Of a stretch of 60,000 bases of DNA, positions 24,985-36,131 are shown piece after piece. Every line of letters begins with the position of its first letter. Positions within the stretch are counted from its first letter, which is position 1. The notes beneath the pieces were generated by a model, which worked only from the letters and a program-made list of their open reading frames with translations, was not told the origin of the DNA and searched no databases. The stretch comes from Mobula hypostoma. Lineage: Eukaryota. The stretch spans positions 133,674,001 through 133,734,000 of the forward strand of contig NC_086097.1 of NCBI RefSeq assembly GCF_963921235.1. Reading direction: 5' to 3'. Made by a program: the position numbers and the translations under genes.

Positions 24985-25712
24985 TTTGTTTATCATTGTC
25001 AGAGATGCCTAGGTAGAGTGAAACACTTTGCTTTGCATGCTATTCATTCAGATCATTTCATCGCATCGCTACTGCAAGGTAATACAAATAAATTCTGCAT
25101 TTTGTTAAAACCAATAACAAAATACAGAATGAAGCATTACTGTTACAAAGAAATTACAGAGCAGGCAGAAAGTAAGGGTATGATGAGGTAGAATGTAAGG
25201 TCAAGAATCCATTTTGTCAAGCAAGGGGACCATTCAATAGGATTTTAACAGTGGAATAAAAGCTGTTCTTGAGCTTGGTGGTATGCGCTTTCAGGCGTTT
25301 GTATCCCTGAAGAAGAGAGAATGTCTGCTTTACCGAAACAGAAGGAAATGTGGGCAGAGTCCATTGAGAGGAGGCTGGTTTTCATGAGGTACAGAGTTAT
25401 GTCCACAGCTGTCTGTCTGCAGTTGCTATATCAAGCCGTGATGCATCCGGATAGGAGGTTTTCAGTGGCTCATCCATAAAAATTAATGAGGGTCAATGGG
25501 GACATTCTGAATTTCCTTTGCCTCCTTAGAGGTGCTAGTGTGCTTTCTTGGCCATGGTATCACATGTTTGGACCAGGACAATCTTTTGGTGATGTTTACT
25601 CCTAGAACCCTTAAGCTGTCAAACACCTCCACTTCAGCACCATGGACATAAACAGAAGTGTGTGCACCGTCCATTTCTAAAATTAATGACCAGCTGTTTT
25701 GTTTTAATGACA
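24985..25712 (-). mobile_element. Rex1/Babar-type LINE 3' fragment
   Basis: Remnant VHGAEVEVFDSLRVLGVNITKRLSWSKH. Confidence 0.7.
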
Positions 25713-28147
25713 ATCTTTGAACTTTTTTCCCTTTGAAATAGTATATTGCTAGTTGCTAAAGGCATAAAAACACTAAGAAATAAAATAAGGCACAAGTTAT
25801 GTGGCTGTAAGCATCCTCTGACTTTTATCCATTTTCCTCTTAATCCTTGATTGATGTACATCAGTAATCTGTCTCAACCAATATGTGTTTAGTGATAAAC
25901 CTCCACAGCTCTCTGAGTTAGAGAATTCCAAAGATTCTCCCATGAGAACAGAAATTCCTTTTCATCTCTGACTTACTTAGATGGCCCCTGATGCTGAAAT
26001 TCTAGATTTGCCCTAGAGTTTCCTACAGTTTATTAATTTGTCTCTAGGCACAAAAAAGACAGCAGATTGACATTCCTATTACTTGTTTGTTTATAACACA
26101 ACAATCTGCTTGTTTCATGATTACCATTAATGAACTAAGTTTCTTAATTCCAGATGTATTTAATTGACTGTATTTGAATCACCTGTGGTGAGAATTGAAC
26201 TTGGGTCACCAGATCACTGTCCCGGGCTAGGTGGATAATTAGTAACCACTATGGGTCACTTAACCACTATGCCATCATACCCTTTGGAAAGCATCATCTG
26301 TTATTCAGTAGTGACCTCTTACCAAGAAGCACTAAGTTATCAAAGGCAAGAAGGTTAACAAAATTAACCATGACATGAAATAAAAACACACGGTTTTGAG
26401 CATAAGTAGAATGCAGGTAGACGTGATAAATCAAGTCAAATTTATTGTCATGAAAGAGTAAAGTAAAGGTAGAATGAAAAATGTGCTTGCAGCAGCCTCA
26501 TAGACACTCAAGATGATTGCAACAGTTGGCATAGATTTGGTGGGATGAATGATCTATTTCTATGCTGTACAGCATTGTGACTGTGATAAGCAGAGATACG
26601 CACACAACCATTTAAAGCCACTCCGTCGTTCAATAAAGTAATGACTGTTCATTGGCTATTTTCTTCTCCAATCCCCTTTTCTTTTCAATTACTGTCCAAA
26701 AATCTATCACAGCTTGGCAATGGTACAGCAGATGACAGTCCTAGAGCCTCAGGTTTAATTCTCACCTCGGGTTCTCTCTGTCTGGAGCTTGCATGTTCTG
26801 AACTCATGATCTCCCAATCTACCTCCTCCTGTTTACCTGCACTGCACTTTTTCTGTAACTTTGACACTGTCCTCTGCATTCTGCTTCCTTTGATGCCACC
26901 TTGATATTCCTGCATATGGAATAACCTGTTTAGTTGACACACAAGCAACAGCTTTTCACTTTATTTCAGTGCATGTGACAGTCATACTCTGTGGCCCTGT
27001 GGGTTTCACCCAGATGCTTTGGTTTCCTCCCACACCCTAAAGGGGTTTTGGTAGGTTAATTAGCTACTGTAAATTGCTTCTGAGTGTGGATTCATGACAA
27101 AATGAATCAAAAGGGAGTTGATGGACCTATAAGAGAGAATAAGTTGCAGAGCCACAGGGAAACACACAGAGAACGGAGCTGATGAGATTGTTCTTGTATG
27201 AGGTAGTATGGACTCAAAGGACTATAAAACACTTTGCTTTGTAAATGAGTACATTATTCATTGGCTACTGTGAAGGGAGATCCAAAGATTTACAGTACTC
27301 TGCATGAAGAAAGTGCTCACGTCTTGGCCAAAATCTTGCACTCTTCAGTCAAAGGAAGCAGCCTCTCTATATCAACTCTTGCCAATCCCTCTCAGAATTG
27401 TATTACATTTCAATGAGGTCACTTCTTAATCTTGTGAACTCCAGTTTGTGCAGACCAAGGAATTGCTGTTGGTCAAACTGTTGGATAAAAGCCAGTAAAC
27501 TTCTCAGCATTTTCAGCAGAGTTTGCATTGTAGTGGTTTAGCAGACTGTTTAAGTGGGTTATCACTTCAGAGCTGTAAAACTTTAGATCATCACATAGAA
27601 ATATCCCACAACATGGTTCCAAAGCACAAATGTATACAAATATACAGGGATATATTTTACTTTTCCTGAAATGTTAACTTCTGTAACACACTCTATAATA
27701 CAGTGCATTATTAAAATTATAAATAAAAACAGAAAGTGCTCGGGATACTCAGCAGGTCACAGAGAGAAATGCAGAGTAAACATTTCAGGTTGATGACCTC
27801 TCATCAGTTTTTTTGTTTTCGATTATTAAAGTCATTATTTTAAGGCATAAGTTAGGAAATGTCTAGTGCAGTATAACCAAAGTCACAGTATTTGCCAAAT
27901 AAACTGAAGTATTTTAACATTGCCGTAATTTCTTTTCAGTTCAGAAATCCTTTGGCAGAGTTTAAGTTATTGTAGGCAAGTATCTATCTGGAGAATGTCA
28001 GTGTATAGAGCTTGTAAATTGTAATTAATTATACTCATTTCTTTTTCCCACAAAGAAATGGGTGGAGTAGTTTGCTGGTCTGTCATCTAGAGACCAGGAT
28101 ATTTTTAAAAAGTGTATTCATATTTGGGAAGTGAGCTTTGCTAGGAA

Positions 28148-28612
28148 GCAACACACACAAAATGCTAGGGGATCTCAACAAGACAAGCAGCATCTATGGA
28201 AATGAATAAACAGTCAACTTTTTGAGCCAAAACCCTTCTTCAAGACTGTGAAGGAAAGAGGAAGTCGCCAGAATGAAAAGGTGCAGGGAGGGAAAAGAGG
28301 CTACCTGGAAGATGATAGGTGAAGCCAGGTGGGTGGGAAAGGTAAAGGACTGCAGAAAAGGGAATCTGCTAGGAGAGGAGAGTAGACCGTAAGAGAAAGG
28401 GAAGGAGGAGGAGACCCAGATGGAAGTGATGAACAGGTGAGAATAGGTAAAAGGCCAGAGTAGGGAATAAAAGGAAAGGGGAAGGGGTGGGAAATTTTTT
28501 TATCGGAGAGTGAAATCAATATTCGTGCCATCAATTTGGAGGCTACCCAGACGGTCTATAAGGTGTTGCTCCTCCACCCTGAGTGTGGCCTCATCTTGGC
28601 ACAAGAGGCACA
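28148..28612 (-). mobile_element. Penelope-like element 3' end
   Basis: rc encodes LLCQDEATLRVEEQHLI.RLGSLQ.DGTNIDF (GIY-YIG C-terminus), then a purine/pyrimidine tract and the pLTR-type end with a degenerate hammerhead. Confidence 0.75.
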
Positions 28613-28639
28613 TGTTGCAATGGGAATGGATTTAGGAAG

Positions 28640-29050
28640 GTCCATTTATTGCCCTTCCCTAATCGCTCTTGAGAAGGTGTTGGTGAGCTGCCTTCCTTCA
28701 TCATTGTAGCCCTTCTGGAGTGAAGCAGTCAGACTCAGGGGAGGGAGTTTCCTGATTTAGATCCACCATCAATGAAGGAGAAACGATATATTTCTCAGGA
28801 TCGCATTGACTTGGATGGAACTGGCGAGAGCTGGTGTTCCGATGCACCTGCTGTCCTTGACCATCATGGTAGAAATCAAGGTGGAAGGAGATTCGAGGAT
28901 TTGAGTGTCCTAGGCAAATAACTGCAGTGCATCTTGTAGATAGCTCACAATACAGCCACTGTGGGTTGGTGGTGGAGGCAAGGTTGGTGGATGTGTTGCC
29001 GGTTGGCTGGACACTGTCGAGCATCTTGATTGTTGTTGGAGCATCACTCT
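28640..29050 (-). mobile_element. Old CR1/L2-group LINE 3' remnant from a different subfamily
   Basis: catttattgcccttccctaatcgctcttgagaaggtg...gagggagtttcc; recognised as a repeat by pattern only. Confidence 0.45.
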
Positions 29051-29814
29051 ACCAGTCAAGTGGAAACTGACTTATGCCTTTCTTTAGGAGTTAGGAGAGA
29101 TGAGAGCTGACTCAGATATATGAGAATAAAACCCCACCAAAGCTGCTGAAGAGATGTAAGTTTAAGGGAATAAGCACATGTGGAATGGAGACTTGGTCTC
29201 AGTAATGGTGGCCTTAGAGAGCCATACACAGGCGCACCTTTAAGAGCTGTTGCCTCACAACTCCAGTGACCCAGGTTTGATTGAGAACCCCAGTACTGTC
29301 TGCTTGTTCTTTCTATGACAGAATGGGCCTGCCCCAGTCGCTCCTGTTTCCTCTCACACCCTGAAGGCACGATCGGCTAATTGGTTACAGTAAATTGTCC
29401 CTAGTGCGCAGATGGGTGGTAGAATCTAGGGGCAGTAGATGAGACAGTGGGAATGGGTTTGTTAGGAATGTAAGTTTAATGGTTAGCAAAGCCTCGGTGA
29501 TGCCTGTTTCTACACTGTATGCTTCCATAAAGCTACGGAACTGTTGTAGCAAATACTTATCCAACTCCAAGTCAAGCTTATTGTCATTTAACTCTGCATA
29601 TGTATACTGTCAATGTTTCTCCACACTAGGGTGGAAAGCACAGTATTGTACACAGCATACATATAACACACAATAACTTAGGAAAGTAAGAATTAAGTCA
29701 ACAAATGAATTACACATAGGTCAACAAAGTAAAGTGAATAAATTAAATATTGCAGGGTACAGTACAAATTAGCCGGTGGCACTTCAAATGTCCTTCAGCG
29801 AAAGGAATCTTCCA

Positions 29815-30670
29815 AGCACGAGAAAATTTACAGATGCTGGAAATCCAAATCAAAACACAAAATGCAGGAGGAAATTAGTAGGTTGGGCAGCATCTATGGA
29901 AAAGCATAAACAGTTGATGTTTCACGCCGGGACCCTTCATCAGGACCGGAAAGGAAGGAGGACAAAATCAGATAAGAAAGTGGGGGGAGGGGAGGAGCAA
30001 GTACAAGATGGGAAGTGATTGGTGATCGTATGGATAATCAGAGTCTTTTTCCCAGGGCTGAAATGGCTAACATGAGAGGGCACAGATTTAAGGTGCTTTG
30101 AAGTAGGTACAGTGGAGATGTCAGGGGTAAGTTTTCTATGCAGAGAGTGGTGAGTGCATGGAATGGGCTGCCAGCGACGGTGGTGGAGGCGGATACGATA
30201 GGGTCTTCTAAGAGACTCCTGGATAGGCACATGGAGCTTAGAAGAATAGAGGGCTTGGGTAACCCTAGGTAATTTCTAAAGTAAGTACATGTTCGGCACA
30301 GCATTGTGGGCCGAAGGGCCTGTATTGTGCTGTAGTTTTTCTATGTTTCTATGTTAAACCCGGAGGGGGGGAAGGGGTGAAGTAAAGAGCTGGGAAGTTG
30401 ACTGGTAAAAGAGATAAAGGGCTGGAGAAGGGGGAATCTGATAGGAGAGGACAGAAGACCATGGAGGAAGCGAAAGTGGGAGGAGCACCAGAGGGAGGTA
30501 ATGGGAAGGTAAGAAAAGAAGGTGTGAAAGAGAAACAAGAACGGGGAATGGTGAAGGAGAGGAGGGGGGAATTACCAGAAGTTTGAAAAATTGATGTTCA
30601 TGCCATCAGCTTGGTGGCTACCCAGACAGAATATAAGATGTTGCTCCTCCAACATGAGTGTCAGTACATG
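29815..30670 (-). mobile_element. Penelope-like element 3' end, interrupted by a CR1 3' fragment
   Basis: GIY-YIG tail at 30590-30665, same family as 28148-28612; hammerhead-like rc ggtcctgatgaagggtcccggcgtgaaacatcaac near 29913-29947. Confidence 0.75.
30023..30355 (+). mobile_element. CR1 3' end, same subfamily as copy B
   Basis: Closely matches 22930-23262 and ends in ttctatgtttctatgtt. Confidence 0.9.
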
Positions 30671-31971
30671 GCGTCCTCTGCTGTCACCATACCCCAATCT
30701 TGTTTCCCTTTCACACCTTTTCCATGGGAATCTTCCACTCCTTCAGTGTTTATGTGACTCCTGTCAATGTGATCGACTCTCATTACTTATTTATTTCAGG
30801 AGCAGTGAGGAATGGACAACAAATTTTGGCTTTGCCAGTGAGGTTGTCATCCTATCATTGAATGACAAAATAAAATAGATTCCGTGTTTCCCCCTGCAAA
30901 ATGTCAAAAGGTCAAAAAAAAGCCCTGTAGTTGCCCCAATTTTCAAAAAAAGTAAAATGCTGCAAATACTCAACAGGAATGTGGAGAGAGATTTCATCAG
31001 AACAAATGACGAAAGGCAATTGCCATTCCCATGGACCTGTTGAGCATTTCTGGTAATTCTGTTTTTATTATTGAAAAGGAGTTCTGATTTGAATAGGAAA
31101 TCATGACATTTCAGCGGATTACCAGCAAGGTTACAAATGGCCAATAAGGTTGCCTCATGATCTTCAGTAGTTTCAGTCTACCTCCCTTGCCCTCGGTACA
31201 TCAGACTTCCACTCATCCACCCACCTCTCCATCTCAAACACCATTGCCCAGTGACCTCACAAATTCTCTGTCTCAAAACACCATTCCCAAGTGACCACAC
31301 AAATTTGTTAGAAAGTTCTGTCAGCAAGATCCGTGGGAGTTGAGCAAGTACCTGGAACTTTCAGCTGCCTTCATAATTGACTGACGTAGGGTTAAAAAGA
31401 AAACTGATATGTTGTTGCAGGTTTTGAGTTGTTCTGCAATCTTGCAGTTCAATAATTGCTCACCTGCTCTGTGTTGTCAGTTCCAATCATCTTGGTGTGG
31501 GCAGGAAACTAAAAGCGTCAGATCCTTCTTCTGGAGAGGAACCCTTATCATTGTGTTACTTACCTTTAGTTCAGGACCCAATTTGGTATCTGTCGAAGTA
31601 TACTAAGCTAATGGCCTTTCATTGATGGCCAATGCTGCAATGTCACATGGGTCACAGGTGATATAATGGGCGTCATGATCACATCAGAGCCAAAAGTTGA
31701 AGTAATAGACTGGAACTTGGTAAAGGGCCTTTTAAATGGAATATTAAACTGCTATTCAAGTGCAAATCAAGGCACCGCACAATTGGAGAGAATGTATATG
31801 AGCACAGGAAAATAGGAGCAGGAGTAGGCCACTTGAACTGTCAGCATGATCATTGGCTGACTTAGCCCTGGGTTCAGCTCCTGCTTTGTGCCAGATCTCC
31901 ATAGCCCTCAAATCACAATCTTTCAAAAGTTTATCAACCTTCTCTGAAAGTGGAGGTTCTGTCCGGGTTAC

Positions 31972-32209
31972 ACAAGAAACTGCAGATGCTGGAATCCAGA
32001 GCAACAATCATCTGGAGGAACTCAATAGGTCGAGCAAAGCCAATGCAGGAGGAAAGGAAGTGTTGATGCTTCAGATCTAAACCGTGCATCAGGACCCTGC
32101 ATCTGCAGTTCTGATGCAGGGCGTCGCCCCAAAATGTCAGCAGTTCCTTTCCTCACACAGGTGCTGCACTTCCTGCTGAATTCTACCAGCAGTTTGGTTG
32201 TTGCTCCTC
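31972..32209. mobile_element. Older Penelope-derived foldback insertion
   Basis: Perfect 10-bp TSD tccgggttac at 31962-31971 and 32210-32219; degenerate inverted arms around tgcatcagga...ttctgatgca. Confidence 0.7.
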
Positions 32210-32777
32210 TCCGGGTTACGAACACCTGACTTACATACGGATTATAGATACAGACACACATCTGGGAGAATGGGTGGGGAAGATTTACTGTCTGTTGCAG
32301 AGCTGCAGGCATTTTCTGCCATGTGGGAATCAATTGACAGCTGAGTTAAATGCCCTGGTTTAACTGCACGTTGTCCTTGTTTGCCCAGGGTTTTTATTTA
32401 AATATATTTCCAGGCAGCTGCATTTCCAACTTGTGATTTGTTCCAGCTATAACAGTTCTCAGGAACTGTACCTGCATTTCGAATGAATAACCTCCACAAC
32501 TGTCTGAGAAATCTGGAGGTTCACCACCCTCTGTGAGATGAAATTTCTATGTACCTCGGTTTTAAGTGAGGTATATCCTGAATTCAAGACTGCTCCATTT
32601 GTGAAAAGATATTGACATCTACCCTGTCAAGCTCCCGTACAATTTTATATGTTTCCCTAAGATCACTGACATTCATCCACTCTCCGGAGAATACAGGCCC
32701 AATCTGTTTAGCCTCTCCTAAAACTCTCATCCCAGAACGAGTGAGGTAAATCTCCTTTAGACAACCTCCAACACTAC

Positions 32778-33317
32778 TACACACAGTGGCCATTTTAGTA
32801 GGTGCCTCCTGTTCCTGTTAAAGAGTTCGCTGAGTGTATGTTTGTGGTTTTCTACTGCTGTTGCCCGTCCACTTCAAGGTTTGATGTGTTACGCATTCGG
32901 AGGTGCTTTTCTGTGAACCACCGTTGCAGTGCGTGGGTATTTGAGTTTCTGTCAGGGAGATCCAGTCTGGCCCTTCTCCTCTGACCTCTCTCATTAACAA
33001 GGCACTTTTGCCCACAGCACTGTTGCTCACTGGATGCTTTTTTTTTTGTTTTTTGCACCATTCTCTGTACACTCTAGGGACCGTCGATATTCAAACCCCC
33101 CCATCTGTCACCAGCAATCATTCCACTGCCAAGGTCACTTAGATCACACTTCTTCTCCGTCCTGTTGTTTGGTTTGAGCAATAACTGAACCTCTTGACAA
33201 TGTCTGCATGGGTTTACGTATTGAATTGTTGCTACATAATTGGCTGATTAGATACTTACATTAATTATTTAATTAGCAGGTGTACACAAGTGCCTGATAA
33301 AGTGTCCGCTGAGTGCA
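32778..33317 (-). mobile_element. Non-autonomous Tc1/mariner element
   Basis: Imperfect TIRs tacacacagtggccattttagtaggtgc / gtgcctgataaagtgtccgctgagtgca. Frameshifted Tc1 DNA-binding-domain remnant (CGQKCLVNERGQRR; TQI....QKSTSECVTHQTLKW). Confidence 0.75.
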
Positions 33318-34136
33318 AGTGAAAAAGCAGTCTTACATGCCACCTAGACAGAGTATTCCATACAGAAGTATATCAAGGTATTATAAAAGAAAAACAGAGT
33401 TCAGAATACCATTACAGAGAAAGTGCAGTGCGGGTAGACAAATAAAGTGCAAATGCCAAAAGAGGTAGAATGATCTTTATCATACAAAAGGTTCATTCAA
33501 GTGAGATTGACCCATGGTGTATTATACATTACTAGTCTACTTACCCAAGAAAACACAGACTTGACAGACAACGAATGCAGTAAACGTTTGCCAGACTTAT
33601 TCCTGAAGCGGAGGAATTGTCTGCTAGGTGACATTGAGTCAATTAAGCCTCAATTCACCAGAAATGTTTCCCCTGGCTAGGGGCATGTGGGAGGGGAAAG
33701 AAGGGCGCCTTGCACAGGGGTTGTAGACCCTTTGGATTCCACGTAAATCATTTAGGAATGAAATAAGGAGACTTTCTTCACTCAAGAGCATTATAAGTGC
33801 TCTACCACAGGAGATATTGAATATATTTATGAGGGAAATAAGATTTCTGAAGTGGGGAGGAAGTGGGAATATGGTCCTGTGATAAATAATCAGCCCAGAT
33901 AGTATTGAATAGCAGAACAACCTTAAAGGGCAAAGTAGCCTCTATCTGCTCCTACATTCGATGTAGAACTCTGATAATGCATGATGCAATTGTTCAGAAA
34001 GACTGATGGTTCAGACTCTGGGTCATCTGGATCACCAGTGCTCTCCTTAAACTTACTCGAGCCCCACTTCCCGCAATCCCCTTAAACTCATCAGGGACTC
34101 TATTTCATGTACTTCTTTTAAAATAATCAGAGCCCA

Positions 34137-34288
34137 TTAAAATAACCAGAACCAGAGTCCTGATGAAGGGTCTCGGCCCGAAACGTCGACTGTACCTCTT
34201 CCAATAGATGCTGCCTGGCCTGCTGCGTTCCACCAGCATTTTGTGTGTGTTGCTTGAATTTCCAGCATCTGCAGATTTCCTCATGTTT
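34137..34288 (+). mobile_element. Short Penelope-derived insertion carrying a hammerhead
   Basis: Perfect 10-bp TSD tcagagccca at 34127-34136 and 34289-34298; body very similar to 22295-22424. Confidence 0.85.
34156..34191 (+). ncRNA. Minimal type-I hammerhead ribozyme motif
   Basis: agtc CTGATGA a gggt-ctcg-gccc GAAA c GTC gact; all core nucleotides and stem I intact. Confidence 0.75.
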
Positions 34289-35679
34289 TCAGAGCCCACT
34301 CTATCCCTTTTCCCACATTTCCTTTAAATTCACTGAGGGATTACCCTTGTGCTGTTTTTGGCTCTATCTTCATACTCCTTTTAAACTTGGCTGGTTCTTT
34401 GGGAAATTTATTTTACCATATAACATCAAGAAAGTTAATTTGAAGTGTGTTCAGGTATTAATAGGAGTAACATCCAACTGTTCAGAAAATCTTCCAGTCC
34501 GCCACCATTCAAAATCCTAATAGTGTCAGATTATCAGATTTCAAGTGTCCAAGTTAAGGTCAGATATTCTACACAACTATCCCACAAACAAAAGTTAAGT
34601 GCATAGAAACCCTTTCAAAAGTAGTAGTTGAATTAGTCTTAAAATATTTGGAGAAAATGTCCCCTGTGGGGTTTTAAGTTCCAAGATGCTGGAAGTCCAA
34701 GACCTTGGGCTAAATTGAACTTTATGATATATTGCTCCACCTGGAATTGTATATGTGTTTCTAGTGAATGATTTAGCTGCATAAAGAAATGTAAAAACAC
34801 ATTTTCTGATTTACTGCAGGAAATTTGATGTTAACAATGGGGAACTTTCACTTAACTCCACTCGATAAGATAATCCTTCTGTTGAACACATGATTCAGCC
34901 AATGGAAAAACTGCCTTTTGTTTTAGGAAATCAAATGAACCCCCTGTTCTTTCTAATATTTATTATTTCATTGGCTTTAACTCATTTTCTTTTTAATTTA
35001 AAGCAATGACATGACTCCAGAGTGCTCAGTTCTTGCTGTGCTATATTTTCTTGTTTGGATCCAAATGCAATTTAGGAATTTGAAATTCGGGGCTGTAAAG
35101 ATGGATGGACAACCATTTTGTTTGTAACGTGCACACAGCCTCAATTAGAACCGGCCAGATTCAATTCTGAATTTACTCCTGTTAACTCTACACTCTAATA
35201 GAAAATCCATTTTAATTTTGTTACAAAAATGATTGCACCTATGGATGGCCTATTTTTAGCTCCTGCCACGACAGAAATGTTTAAACTGCAGTCGAATACT
35301 AACGGTTGCATTTTATCAATCTCAAAGCTCCGCTGGGTCCTTGGGTTAGAGGCAGAAGAGAAGCAATTTGGGATGTCTGTGACATTGTCCTGAACCCCAG
35401 AGGGAGGGAGAGAGAGGGGAACACTTTGTGAAGATGAAATATATGCCTACCCTTGATGTTCGAAGATTCTGTTTCAGTGGACCCATGTTCCATTACCTCA
35501 GCAGACTTCTGAAATGAGTACAATACTAACCCAAGGCTTTTTGTGAAAGTAACTCCTCAAGGAAACATCTTCTTCTTGGGATCAAGGATGGACTTGCTGT
35601 CATCCCAATTCTATAGGTTCTTAGTTGACTGATGACACCAATGCGGCAACCTCAGATGAGGCAGTAGAAGGGCGATTGG

Positions 35680-36037
35680 TAATTAGGTTATTACTACCAC
35701 ATGTACCAAGATACAGGAAAAAACTTTTGCTTATGTGCCACCCAGATAGATCATTCCAAAGATGTAGCACAAAGGATAATAGAATGCAGAATATAGTGTC
35801 ATATTTACAGTGCTGGTTGATAAATGAAGTGCAAGGGCCATGACAGGGTAGACTGAAAGATCAAGAGCTTATCTTTATTGTGGAGTCTGATAACAGCAAG
35901 GATAGAAGCTGTGCTTGAGCTTGGCTCTTGGGCTTTTGTACTTTCTGCCCAATAGCAGAGAGGAGAAGAGAGAATGACTGGGATGAGAAGGGTCCTTGAC
36001 TATGTTGGCTGCTTACTGAAAGCAGCAGGAAGTATAG
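35680..36037 (-). mobile_element. Rex1/Babar-type 3' fragment, host of the full-length CR1 (continues at 40385-40450)
   Basis: ...gggtccttgactatgttggctgc...gaagtatag | cagagtaaatgg...catgatagactgg is collinear with uninterrupted copies at 10790-10890 and 55005-55100. Confidence 0.7.
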
Positions 36038-36131
36038 AAACATAGAAACATAGAAAATAGGTGCAGGAGTAGGCCATTCGGCCCTTCGAGCCTGCACCGC
36101 CATTTATTATGATCATGGCTGATCATCCAAC
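36035..36131 (-). other. CR1 3' UTR stem-loop and 8-nt microsatellite tail
   Basis: 8-bp stem ggtgcagg/cctgcacc (36060-36067 with 36091-36098) enclosing ggcc-gaat-ggcc; tail tagaaaca repeats at 36035-36057. Confidence 0.8.

Noticed and set aside
31232..31305. Two-copy ~39-bp tandem repeat (and a two-copy 22-bp-period repeat at ~53017-53053)
   Set aside because: Simple local slippage duplications. They are not CRISPR-like: only two copies, no spacers, eukaryotic context.
34802..34893. Acceptor-like tttactgcAG followed by a short open frame
   Set aside because: No recognisable peptide; such sites are common by chance.
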